Part shown: positions 9,265-17,868 of the stretch, piece by piece | How positions within the stretch are numbered: position 1 is the first letter of the stretch | Layout: each line of letters starts with the position of its first letter | Assembly (NCBI GenBank): GCA_964576505.1 | Contig: CAZNVD010000004.1 | Coordinates: 29,225 to 71,614, forward strand | DNA from: an uncultured Methanosarcinales archaeon | GTDB lineage: Archaea > Nanobdellota > Nanobdellia > Woesearchaeales > WJKV01 | Direction: 5' to 3' | DNA: 42,390 bases | Notes under the pieces: generated by a model | Seen by the model: only the letters and a program-made list of their open reading frames with translations | Told to the model about the DNA's origin: nothing | The model's database searches: none | Made by a program: the position numbers and the translations under genes

Positions 9265-9687
9265 ATCTTCTGGTTTATGATAATTTGTAATGTCGAGTAA
9301 TTTCTTGAAATCATTGTCTCTTGTGACGAGAATAAGATTGTTATCTCTCGACAATATTGCGTGGAGTGCGTCGCCAATAGGAATTTTTCTTGTTATACTC
9401 AAGTGCGATGCTTCTTGTAGCTGTCCTCTGCCTGGAAATACTTTTAATATCTGATGTTTCAATGGATTAAGCATACTATTGATTGTATGATCAGCAACTC
9501 TTCTCCGTAATTCCTCTAATACAATATCAGACATAACTAAATTCTCTTTATTTGTAAGTATCTTCAAAACCAGCATTGAGGCATATTTTCCTAGAGGTTC
9601 ATCATGATATCCTTTCCTATCTTCGATGAGATCAATCCAGATAGAAGTATCAAAATAGTATTTATCAGTCACTATGGGTAAGGTCAA
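9256..9687 (-). CDS. PIN-domain (VapC-like) ribonuclease toxin
   Basis: YYFDTSIWID, VLEEL, GDALHA and LVTRDNDF PIN motifs; TTG start uncertain. Confidence 0.88.
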   Translation of the reverse strand: MTLPIVTDKYYFDTSIWIDLIEDRKGYHDEPLGKYASMLVLKILTNKENLVMSDIVLEELRRRVADHTINSMLNPLKHQILKVFPGRGQLQEASHLSITRKIPIGDALHAILSRDNNLILVTRDNDFKKLLDITNYHKPEDLL

Positions 9688-9718
9688 ATAGAGAATAAAA
9701 GATTAGCTGTGTTAAAAA

Positions 9719-9731
9719 TGGACTCAGTCCA
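9719..9731. promoter_or_regulatory. Palindrome TGGACT-C-AGTCCA upstream of BRE/TATA
   Basis: Perfect palindrome; TTTATAAA at 9748-9755; ATG at 9778. Confidence 0.75.
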
Positions 9732-9777
9732 AGTCTATTAGAAAATATTTATAAATGATGAGTGATACAATAGGAAC

Positions 9778-10073
9778 ATGACTGAACTGCTATTAACATG
9801 TATTATTAAAAATTAGACTGGCTTCTAAGACTTCAAACTTTTAGTGTGGTAATCACAATCAAGTCTAATTTTTAATCTGCGCAATCGCCCAAATGACAAG
9901 TCAATTGGCGATTGCGCATTATTAAGAAGGAACTCAGAGGAGGATATTCTTCGTTGTGTCCTGAGCTTGATATTGCAAGTAGAGGAGATTCTATTGAAGA
10001 AGCAAAAGAACACCTTAAGGAAGCTGTTGCTGGTCATCTCAAGGTAGCACAGGAAGAAGGAATGTTTATTTAG
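9778..10073 (+). pseudogene. hicB: HicB-family antitoxin interrupted by a 116-bp insertion
   Basis: MTELLLTC (9778-9801) joins IIKKELRGGYSSLCPELDIASRGDSIEEAKEHLKEAV... (9918-10073) to give a 59-aa HicB-fold protein. Confidence 0.85.
9802..9925. mobile_element. Double-hairpin insertion (family B copy 1) flanked by ATTATTAA direct repeats
   Basis: ATTATTAA at 9802-9809 and 9918-9925; stems ATTAAAAATTAGACT/AGTCTAATTTTTAAT and TGCGCAATCGCC/GGCGATTGCGCA. Confidence 0.75.
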
Positions 10074-10089
10074 TTGACATTTAGATAAG

Positions 10090-10515
10090 CTAAGAATCTT
10101 TCAACAACAAAAGAATTTTTCTTGTTGTAACAACAGGAATGCCTTGAAATTCTTTCAAAGTTAACAAATCTGCATCCCCACTTACAATGTAATCTGCCTT
10201 TGCACTTTCAGCACACTCTAGGAATTTGTTGTCATTTACATCTCTACAAATGTTTATCTTTATTGTTGGAGTTATAATTATGTGAGATAATGAAATTATT
10301 TTTTGCATAATTTGTGCTGGTGTTAATCCAGCATTTTTCATAACTTGATTGAACTTTGGTCTGTTAATTACGTCTTCCAACTCAGAAAGAATTTCTTTAG
10401 TAAGATAACATGTTGCCTTACCTTGTTCAATGCATTTAAGGAGTTCGGATTCATTTCCTCTCCAAAAGAAAGCTGAAATTATTGTGCTTGTATCCAGAAC
10501 TAATTTAATGGGCAT
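10090..10515 (-). CDS. PIN-family toxin (PIN_3/TIGR00305-like)
   Basis: LVLDTSTIISA, CRDVNDNKFLECA, ADYIVSGDADLL; coupled to the AbrB gene; alternative start 10524. Confidence 0.9.
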   Translation of the reverse strand: MPIKLVLDTSTIISAFFWRGNESELLKCIEQGKATCYLTKEILSELEDVINRPKFNQVMKNAGLTPAQIMQKIISLSHIIITPTIKINICRDVNDNKFLECAESAKADYIVSGDADLLTLKEFQGIPVVTTRKILLLLKDS

Positions 10516-10768
10516 TTCGTACATCCTTAATTGCCTTTATTAAGTCTGCCTTTGTCAATCCAGCCTGCTCTGCTGCTTTTTGTAATGGCTTTGCTATTTC
10601 GTCGAATGTTTTTTTAATTGCTGACTTATCAATTTTCTTTAAAATTACAGTTCCATCTTCGCCAAATATCATAAATTGATCTGACTTCTTAATTCCCATC
10701 TCTTTACGTAAAGGGGAGGGGATGACAATTTGTCCTTTTTCTGATATCTTAGTTAGTTCAACTTGCAT
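10505..10768 (-). CDS. AbrB/MazE/SpoVT-family antitoxin
   Basis: TKISEKGQIVIPSPLRKEMGI swapped-hairpin motif. Confidence 0.9.
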   Translation of the reverse strand: MQVELTKISEKGQIVIPSPLRKEMGIKKSDQFMIFGEDGTVILKKIDKSAIKKTFDEIAKPLQKAAEQAGLTKADLIKAIKDVRNAH

Positions 10769-10781
10769 AGTATTTCACCTT

Positions 10782-10806
10782 GTAAGATATGTAAAGCATA
10801 TCTTAC
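10782..10806. promoter_or_regulatory. Inverted-repeat operator of the AbrB-PIN operon
   Basis: GTAAGATATG-taaag-CATATCTTAC between TATA and start codon. Confidence 0.6.
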
Positions 10807-10925
10807 TTATATATTTAACTCATTTTAACTAGAACATCGAATAGAACATAGAATGTACCGAAGAAAGAATAGAAGTGGCCTTATTTCTTATTAGAAAATA
10901 TTTATATAGATAGACGGCTTAGAAT

Positions 10926-13676
10926 ATGGCTATGGGGAACAGTGGGGAAGAGACAGATAAGCCCAGCTTATCAAATAAACCAGCAGAGACTGTTGATTTG
11001 AGTGCAGCTAAGAAAGAAGAAGATTCTAAGATAGATACAGCTATTCCTTCTATTGATTTATCTGGAACACAAGGTGGAGAGTTAAGTGAGATTCCTTCTA
11101 TATCTTTACCTGGTCAAGATCCTCAGGCTACTGTTAGTATAGGGACACGAGAGAGTGGAGTAGGTACACGAGAAAGTAGAGCTGAAGATTCTGATAGAAC
11201 AATTAATACTGGAACGAGGGAGAAGGCTAAGTTGTATCCTAAGAAAGAAGGTAGTCCAGGTGCTACAGTAAGTGAAAGTGATGTAGAGAAGCTGGATCCT
11301 GAGAGAACATTTGATACGGGATTGAGGAGGAAATCACAGGTTTATCCAGGTGTAAGTAGAGATGGTCCAGATGTTACAGTAAGTGAAGGTGGTATTCCTA
11401 ATATTACATTAAGTGTTGCTGATGAATTATCTAATATTACTTCTATACATGCACCTGATGGACAGGAAATAATTAATGAATTAAGGCGAGTGTTTGGAGA
11501 TGGGAGGACTAGAGAATTTCTTGCTTCAGTAGGAAGTCCAGTGGCTCAAAGTACTAAACCGCTTGATTCACTTGAAGATAAAGTTAAAGGCAAATCAGGA
11601 AAAGATTCTGAATCTCAGGATTATAAAATTCCTCTTTTGCCTATAAATCATATTACTCCTGTTTATGGACTTGCTGCTATTGATGCTGAGGGAAGAATTG
11701 TTACTAAAGAAACAGGGGCGCCTGTATTTGAAAGGGAATTGAAACTGGATGAAGAATCGCAGTATGTTGGAAAGGATTATCGGGCGTTGCAGTACATAAT
11801 TGGGCAGGGCGGAATGGGGAGAATGCTGAAATATAGAGATAATACTGGTGAAGATTTAGTTGTTAAAGTTATTCTGAATAGAGGAGGAAGGAGTGCGGCT
11901 GTTGATAAATTCATTTATGAAGGTATAATTCAAAATCAGTTGAAGCATCCTAATATTGTGCCAGTTCATCTTGGGTTAGTAGAATATGAAGGGTCATGGA
12001 ATCCTGCGATTGCTATGAAGTTTGTGAAAGGAAAGACACTAGGAGATATACTTCATGAGCGGAATAAAAGGTGGGCGAAAGGTGAGAGTGAAGGGGAGTA
12101 TAGTTTGCATAGTCTGCTTGATATGTTTAAGAAAGTATGTCAAGGTGTTGCGTTTGCACATAGTAAAAAGATTATTCATAGGGATTTGAAGCCTGCCAAT
12201 ATTATGGTTGGAGAGTTTGGTGAAGTTCTTGTAATAGACTGGGGGATGGCTAAGCACATGGATGGTGCTGAAGCTACTACGGTTGATGAATCTGGTGAAC
12301 ACAGGGTGATTCAAGCTGGATCTACAAGTGTAAGTATTGACAGGACTATTGAGGGGAGCGTGATGGGGACACCTGCTTATATGTCGCCTGAGCAAGCTCT
12401 TGGTAAAGTTGATGAGTTAGATGAACGATCAGATGTATGGGCATTAGGCTGTATATTGTATGAGATTCTTACTGGTAAAAGAGTTATTGAGTATGATAGT
12501 AGTGATCCTCTCTTTGTTATTCTTGGTAGAGTAGCTTCAGATGATTATGTTATTGGGAAGCCAAGTGAAGTAAAACAAGGTGTAAGTAAGGAGTTAAGTG
12601 AATTGTGTATGTTAGCTTTGGTAAGAGATAAGAGGAAGAGGCTGAATAAATCAACCGTTTTTGTGGAATGCATAGATAGCCATGTTGCAAACAAAGGAAT
12701 TCAAATACAAAAATGTTTGGCGGAAGCTCAAGGCGATTCTTGGAATACATTGGATAGTATTGAGATGTTCGATAATACAATTAAGTCTTATGAGATTGCA
12801 CTTGATGGATTGCTGACAGATACCACAGGCTCTGGCGACCCGAGAATACTTTATTTGAAGGGTTATTTGGCAGAATTGTATCTGAAACGCGGTGAACGCG
12901 CCATGACATCTGGCGATGGAAAGAAAATAAGAGAAAGTTATGAGAGGGCCAAGACCATTAATGATCTGACAGAAGAAATACAAACCAAACTACAATGCCG
13001 AATTGATCGATTAACAGGAGTATGTGAACAAATTGAGGGTAACTTTGATAATGCAATAAGATACTACAAAAAAGCATTAGAAGGCGCAAAGGAATTAGAT
13101 GATCTTCAAATAATTGGTGGACTCCTTGAAATGATAGTAGATGTTAAAATAAAGCAATTTGACCGACAAAAAGGAGAAAAGGATTTTACTTTATTGAATG
13201 GAGGGGAGGGGGCACTTAAATATGCTATTGAACTGAAAGAAAAGTTAGGTGATTTAAATTCAAAAGTATTGTTTAGACTGGGTCATATTTACGATTTTCT
13301 TCAGCAAAAAGATGCAGCTTTTCAACATTATGACAATGCAATAAAAGCTGCTGAAGCGAACGAAGAGTGGCCGATCTTACTACGAACATGTTGGATGAAA
13401 GGATATTTGGCTTTGAGGGAAGATATGTATGACGAGGCAGAACAAGCATATCTAAAGGCATATCGATATTCAGAGTTTATCCAAAGCAAGCTATCAATGG
13501 CAAATAGTGCTCTTTTACTCGCAGATGTGCACTTTACGACTGGCAATGTGGAGGAAGGTATACAATTTGTAAGAAAAGCAATCGACATTGATAAGAACCT
13601 TGATGTTGCATTATCATATATGCCAAGGATAGAACAATTGTGCCAAGAGCACAATGTTAAACTACCACCACTTTAA
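10926..13676 (+). CDS. Hanks-type Ser/Thr protein kinase with long disordered N-terminus and C-terminal TPR-like repeats
   Basis: GQGGMG, VVK, HPNIVPV, HRDLKPANIMV, DWGMAK, GTPAYMSPEQA, SDVWALGCILYEILTG; helical repeats such as AIRYYKKAL and AFQHYDNAI; no obvious TM segment. Confidence 0.93.
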   Translation: MAMGNSGEETDKPSLSNKPAETVDLSAAKKEEDSKIDTAIPSIDLSGTQGGELSEIPSISLPGQDPQATVSIGTRESGVGTRESRAEDSDRTINTGTREKAKLYPKKEGSPGATVSESDVEKLDPERTFDTGLRRKSQVYPGVSRDGPDVTVSEGGIPNITLSVADELSNITSIHAPDGQEIINELRRVFGDGRTREFLASVGSPVAQSTKPLDSLEDKVKGKSGKDSESQDYKIPLLPINHITPVYGLAAIDAEGRIVTKETGAPVFERELKLDEESQYVGKDYRALQYIIGQGGMGRMLKYRDNTGEDLVVKVILNRGGRSAAVDKFIYEGIIQNQLKHPNIVPVHLGLVEYEGSWNPAIAMKFVKGKTLGDILHERNKRWAKGESEGEYSLHSLLDMFKKVCQGVAFAHSKKIIHRDLKPANIMVGEFGEVLVIDWGMAKHMDGAEATTVDESGEHRVIQAGSTSVSIDRTIEGSVMGTPAYMSPEQALGKVDELDERSDVWALGCILYEILTGKRVIEYDSSDPLFVILGRVASDDYVIGKPSEVKQGVSKELSELCMLALVRDKRKRLNKSTVFVECIDSHVANKGIQIQKCLAEAQGDSWNTLDSIEMFDNTIKSYEIALDGLLTDTTGSGDPRILYLKGYLAELYLKRGERAMTSGDGKKIRESYERAKTINDLTEEIQTKLQCRIDRLTGVCEQIEGNFDNAIRYYKKALEGAKELDDLQIIGGLLEMIVDVKIKQFDRQKGEKDFTLLNGGEGALKYAIELKEKLGDLNSKVLFRLGHIYDFLQQKDAAFQHYDNAIKAAEANEEWPILLRTCWMKGYLALREDMYDEAEQAYLKAYRYSEFIQSKLSMANSALLLADVHFTTGNVEEGIQFVRKAIDIDKNLDVALSYMPRIEQLCQEHNVKLPPL

Positions 13677-13780
13677 CTATACATTCTCCATGAAAAATGA
13701 ATTATGTACTTAACTAGTCAAATGTCAAAAGTAGAAAGAATTATGAAAATAAATAAAAAAAGTAATTTGTTCTGGGAAGT

Positions 13781-14824
13781 TTAACCATTACAATTCGCTG
13801 TTGCTTGAACATCAAAGTTACCACCGTTTGGACTAAATTTAGCACAGAATGGATTACTAGCTGTATCTAAACCACAAATACAAGTGTCGCCTCCAGACAA
13901 GCTAACATCTAGGGTGTCACTTGTTCCTTCTCTAAATTTCCACTGATAATCTCCAGCAGCAATCTGTCTTGCCACTATTTCTCCCAAAATTGTGCCACCA
14001 GTAGCAGTTGCACGAAGTCCGACTAAATCGTTGTTTGATAATGTACCAGTATGTTCAATGTCTAAGCTTCTCTTAGTGTCAGCGTCCGCAGAAATAACAA
14101 CAGAAGCTGTGGCGGCAGTCACACCAGTTAACGCGGAGGATGCACCAGACCCAAGAAATACATTCCTTAAATTAGTATCATCATCATTTGATACAATAAC
14201 CGAAACCGTATCATCATTGTCTAATAAATTTAAAGTCCTAACATTACCAGTCGTTAATCCAAATGTAAAGGAACCAATAATGCTTTCTCCAACTGAATTG
14301 GTAATAGTATAAAAATCCCGACCAGTAAGCGTAGCAGCTTGCACACCAGTGGTCGTTAGCTTTTTATAAATATGGCGATAAGTCCCACTTGTTGCAGAAC
14401 CCGCATCCCTAACATTAGTAAATGAAGGATCTGTAGTTGTTGCCGAATCACCATTAATAGTTATCACACCAGTATCCCGCACAACATCAAAGTGAGACAC
14501 TGAGCCCTTACAAACAGCAAATTCTTTAGTACTTGCTTGAGTAGCCGGATTAGTACAACCAATAATAACAGCAGTTTGACCTGCTGCTAATGTGTAAATG
14601 TGAGTACTGTTCGTACCAACTGTCAAATTTCCTTTAATCGATACGTTCTTTGGAAAGATATAAGTTGCGTTTCTAAAAGATCCACCACGAACTTGAGTTG
14701 CATCGTGACCTGGGTTTGGTGTGTCACCCGGAGAAGCTATAACAAATATTGTGATTGCAAGCATAAACAACATTAAAGCAACTAAGAACGTACGACGATT
14801 AGATAGATCCAGTGTAAATCGCAT
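13781..14824 (-). CDS. Secreted/membrane-anchored Thr/Gly-rich beta-structured surface protein (PNPGH motif)
   Basis: N-terminal hydrophobic helix then SPGDTPNPGHDATQV; GAGGT RBS and TTATAAA upstream. Confidence 0.75.
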   Translation of the reverse strand: MRFTLDLSNRRTFLVALMLFMLAITIFVIASPGDTPNPGHDATQVRGGSFRNATYIFPKNVSIKGNLTVGTNSTHIYTLAAGQTAVIIGCTNPATQASTKEFAVCKGSVSHFDVVRDTGVITINGDSATTTDPSFTNVRDAGSATSGTYRHIYKKLTTTGVQAATLTGRDFYTITNSVGESIIGSFTFGLTTGNVRTLNLLDNDDTVSVIVSNDDDTNLRNVFLGSGASSALTGVTAATASVVISADADTKRSLDIEHTGTLSNNDLVGLRATATGGTILGEIVARQIAAGDYQWKFREGTSDTLDVSLSGGDTCICGLDTASNPFCAKFSPNGGNFDVQATANCNG

Positions 14825-15012
14825 AATAATTACCTCTTTTTTTTCTTGACTTCAGAATGTGAAGAACATTTTATAAGTATTTCGTTAGCAGAGTGTGGAG
14901 GATAATCGAATTAAATTATAAAATTAGCAAGATTTGATTTTATTTTTATCACTGGACTCAGTCCAAATTCTCGAGGACAAAGCATATAAAAACTAAAATT
15001 ACCAGAATGTAC
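14660..15012. repeat. Repeat unit R1 (5' end of surface-protein gene + divergent promoter + palindrome)
   Basis: The 47-bp block 14831-14877 is identical to 16123-16169 and has 4 mismatches to 17687-17733. Block 14955-14999 is near-identical to 16247-16291. Confidence 0.85.
14953..14965. promoter_or_regulatory. Palindrome TGGACT-C-AGTCCA
   Basis: Centre 24 bp before CATATAAA and 54 bp before ATG 15013. Confidence 0.75.
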
Positions 15013-15852
15013 ATGGACAAAAATAAAGCTCTCATAGTATTCCAAGACAAGAAGATAAGAAGAACATGGCATAATGAACAATGGTTTTTCTCTGTTGTTG
15101 ATATTGTTGAAATTCTCACAGATAGCCCAAATCCGAGAAGATATTGGTCAGACCTGAAAATAAAATTAATGAGCGAAGGATTTGAGTTGTACGATAAAAT
15201 CGTACAACTGAAATTAATGGCTTCTGATGGTAAGAACTATGAAACTGATTGCGCTTCTACTGAGAATATATTCAGGTTCATTCAATCTATCCCATCTCCA
15301 AAAGCAGAACCGTTCAAGAGATGGCTTGCTAAAGTTGGTTATGAACGTGTTCAAGAGATAGAAAATCCCGAGTTAGCTCAAGAACGAATGAAACAACTTT
15401 ACGAACAAAAAGGATATTCTAAACCATGGATTGATACCAGACTGCGAGGAATTGCAGTCAGACAGGATTTAACTGAAGAATGGATGAAAAGAGGAATAGA
15501 AAGTAACAATGATTTTGCGATTCTTACTTCAGAGATAGCTAAAGCTACTTTTGGGATGACTCCTACAGAATATAAAGAATTCAAAGGCCTAAAAAATCAG
15601 AATCTTAGAGATCACATGACTGATCTTGAACTCATATTTACCATGTTGGGTGAGGCGTCAACAGCTGAGCTTGAAAGAGTGAAAGATCCAAAAACATTCC
15701 CAGAACATCAAGAAGTAGCTCAAGATGGAGGAAATGTAGCAAAAACAGCCAAACTTGATCTTGAAAGCAAAACTAAAAGAAAAGTTGTTACAGATCAAAA
15801 TTATATAGATGAGCCAGAGAAAGAAAAAAGAAAGAGATTACAATCAAAATGA
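15013..15852 (+). CDS. Bro-N domain (phage antirepressor-like) protein
   Basis: IRRTWHNEQWFFSVVDIV, YWSDLK, IQSIPSPKAEPFKRWLA, NLRDHMTDLELIF; alternative start 15007. Confidence 0.9.
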   Translation: MDKNKALIVFQDKKIRRTWHNEQWFFSVVDIVEILTDSPNPRRYWSDLKIKLMSEGFELYDKIVQLKLMASDGKNYETDCASTENIFRFIQSIPSPKAEPFKRWLAKVGYERVQEIENPELAQERMKQLYEQKGYSKPWIDTRLRGIAVRQDLTEEWMKRGIESNNDFAILTSEIAKATFGMTPTEYKEFKGLKNQNLRDHMTDLELIFTMLGEASTAELERVKDPKTFPEHQEVAQDGGNVAKTAKLDLESKTKRKVVTDQNYIDEPEKEKRKRLQSK

Positions 15853-16031
15853 AGCAACCAAAAGCTTCAATAGCCATTAGGCCCTTGAACTGTTTCTAAA
15901 AGTACCAATAAGGACCCTGAGTTGCACAGTGACTTAAGATATCATCCGAAGAAGCAATAACAAATATTGTAATGTAAGCATGAAAAACATTAAAGCAACT
16001 AGAAATAAACGAAGATTGTAAATCGCATAAT

Positions 16032-16122
16032 CAATATATCAAAAAATGTCAATGTTGGAAATGAGCGAATTTTTTGATTATGAGAAAACAATCCAGGCAG
16101 AAATAAAGGTTATTGTTTTCTC
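16032..16122. mobile_element. Double-hairpin insertion in R2, absent from R1 and R3
   Basis: About 88 extra bp between ATG and RBS; stems ATCAAAAAAT/ATTTTTTGAT and GAGAAAACAAT/ATTGTTTTCTC. Confidence 0.6.
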
Positions 16123-16244
16123 TACCTCTTTTTTTTCTTGACTTCAGAATGTGAAGAACATTTTATAAGCATTTTGGTGGTAGATTATGTAGTTGAGTGT
16201 AAAATATACCAAGAAATATTCTATTACAATTTTCAGAACATAAT

Positions 16245-16257
16245 TAGACTGAGTCCA
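16245..16257. promoter_or_regulatory. Palindrome TAGACT-G-AGTCCA
   Basis: Centre 24 bp before AATATAAA and 55 bp before ATG 16306. Confidence 0.75.
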
Positions 16258-16305
16258 AATTCGCGAGGACAAAGAATATAAAAACTAAAATCATCAGATA
16301 AATAT

Positions 16306-17154
16306 ATGGACACGGAGAAAATCATAAAACTCAAAAAAACGTTTGAAGAATATGCTCGCGAGGCAGAAGGAGTGGAATTTTGGTTTGCGAGAGATTTAAT
16401 GAAACTTTTAGGATATGACAAATGGGAGAATTTTCTTAATGTAATCGAAAATGCGAAAATTGCGTGCACAAATTCAGGTTACGATGTAAATGACCATTTT
16501 CCCGAGGTCAGGAAAATGGTCGAAATTGGCTCCGGAGCAAAAAGAGAAATAGAAGACATAATGCTTACGAGGTATGCCAGTTATCTTATTGCACAAAATG
16601 GTGATCCACGAAAAGAAGAAATCGCTTTTGCTCAAAGTTACTTCGCCATTCAAACAAGAAAACAAGAATTAATAGAACAAAGAATTTCATTGCAGGAAAG
16701 ATTACAGGCCAGACATAAGTTAATGGCTGCGGAATCTGAGCTTTCAAAACTCATATATGAACGAGGAGTTGATAATAATGGATTTGCAAGAATAAGAAGC
16801 AGCGGAGACAAGGTACTATTTGGAGGACACACCACTGCCCGAATGAAGACCAAACTTGGAGTTCCCTCAAATAGACCTCTTGCCGATTTTCTTCCCACTA
16901 TAACAATAACTGCAAAAAATTTTGCCACAGAAATTACTAATTTCAATGTCAAGAAAAATAATCTTGAAAAAGAAGATAACATAACGAAGGAGCACATTCT
17001 AAATAATGCAGATGTAAGAGACTTGTTGATAAAACGAGGAATAAAACCTGAAGAACTACCTCCTGAGGAAGATATTAAAAGTATCGAGCAATCAATAAAG
17101 AAAGACGAATACAATATTGCTGCCAGTTCAAAGCACAAGAAAAAATTAAAATGA
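16306..17154 (+). CDS. dinD: DNA damage-inducible protein D family
   Basis: EFWFARDL..LLGY..WENF, LTRYASYLIAQNGDPRKEEIAFAQSYFAIQTRKQE, RPLADFLPT, GIKPEELPPEEDIK. Confidence 0.92.
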   Translation: MDTEKIIKLKKTFEEYAREAEGVEFWFARDLMKLLGYDKWENFLNVIENAKIACTNSGYDVNDHFPEVRKMVEIGSGAKREIEDIMLTRYASYLIAQNGDPRKEEIAFAQSYFAIQTRKQELIEQRISLQERLQARHKLMAAESELSKLIYERGVDNNGFARIRSSGDKVLFGGHTTARMKTKLGVPSNRPLADFLPTITITAKNFATEITNFNVKKNNLEKEDNITKEHILNNADVRDLLIKRGIKPEELPPEEDIKSIEQSIKKDEYNIAASSKHKKKLK

Positions 17155-17170
17155 TCAAAAACCTGAAGAA

Positions 17171-17440
17171 CTACTTAACGCCTAGTTTCTTTGCAATCTC
17201 TCGTACGGCCTGCTCCCTTACTTCATGAATCTGCTCATCAGTAATTTTCCTATCCTTCTTTGATCCTGCGCCATATGCATGCTCTAAGCGAAATAATGCC
17301 TCCTGTGTTTCCAAATCCTTCATTTTTTCTCTAATAGCTTCTCGAATAAATTCGGCTTTAGTAGAATACCGATGCTCTTTCATGATCTTTTCCATATCAT
17401 GAATGAAAGAGTCTTCAAATCTAACTGATATTGTTTCCAT
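17171..17440 (-). CDS. Ribbon-helix-helix (CopG/Arc/MetJ) protein, orphan antitoxin-like
   Basis: METISVRFE...YSTKAEFIREAIREK. Confidence 0.85.
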   Translation of the reverse strand: METISVRFEDSFIHDMEKIMKEHRYSTKAEFIREAIREKMKDLETQEALFRLEHAYGAGSKKDRKITDEQIHEVREQAVREIAKKLGVK

Positions 17441-17508
17441 TGTATTACTTTGTAAGACTTTGTGCTATTTAAATTTTTCTGTAAAATACACTATAAAGAT
17501 AATAATCA

Positions 17509-17868
17509 AGAGCAAAAAAAGCTTCAACAGATAGATCCATGAATTATTTCTAAAAGTACCAATAAGAACCTGAGTTCAGAGTGACTTAAGATATCATCCG
17601 AAGAAGCTAACAAATATTGTAACGTAAGCATGAAAAACATTAAAGCAATAAGAAATCATTGAAGATTGTAAATCGCACGGGCGATTTACCTCTTTTTTTT
17701 CTTGGTTTCAGAATGTTGAGAACATTTTATAAGATTTATGATAGTAGATTATGCACATAACAAAAAAATATTTCATAAAATTATTTTTTTGCAATCTTAA
17801 GAAGATTATTGGAATGAGTCCAATAATAGAGGAGATAAACATATTAAAGATAAAATGCCTTAGTAATT
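17509..17868. repeat. Repeat unit R3 with a second degraded 5' fragment of the surface-protein gene
   Basis: Close to R2 (TTTCTAAAAGTACCAATAAG, GTGACTTAAGATATCATCCGAAGAAGC, GTAAGCATGAAAAACATTAAAGCAA). Confidence 0.85.
17810..17822. promoter_or_regulatory. Palindrome TGGAAT-G-AGTCCA (extended ATTATTGGA...TCCAATAAT)
   Basis: Centre 24 bp before CATATTAAA and 53 bp before ATG 17869. Confidence 0.72.

Larger units (their letters stand above)
15853..16305. repeat. Repeat unit R2 with a degraded 5' fragment of the surface-protein gene (minus strand, ~15890-16028)
   Basis: Aligns to 14670-14824 (GTTTCTAAAAG, TGAGTTGCA, AACAAATATTGT, AACATTAAAGCAACTA, TGTAAATCGCAT) with indels and stops. Confidence 0.85.

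Noticed and set aside
9825-10037. 70-aa minus-strand ORF
   Set aside because: Antisense shadow of the split hicB and its insert
10829-10882. TAGAACAT-like short repeats and a possible palindrome copy (TAGAAGTGGCCTT) before the kinase
   Set aside because: Too degenerate and the spacing is off. Only the BRE/TATA block TATTAGAAAATATTTATA is clearly shared with the hicB promoter.
15007-17154. Prophage suggested by the Bro-N antirepressor
   Set aside because: No capsid, terminase, integrase or replication genes nearby
13781-17868. Diversity-generating retroelement or shufflon
   Set aside because: No reverse transcriptase or invertase is present. The repeats cover the 5' end, are direct, and differ by indels rather than adenine-specific changes.
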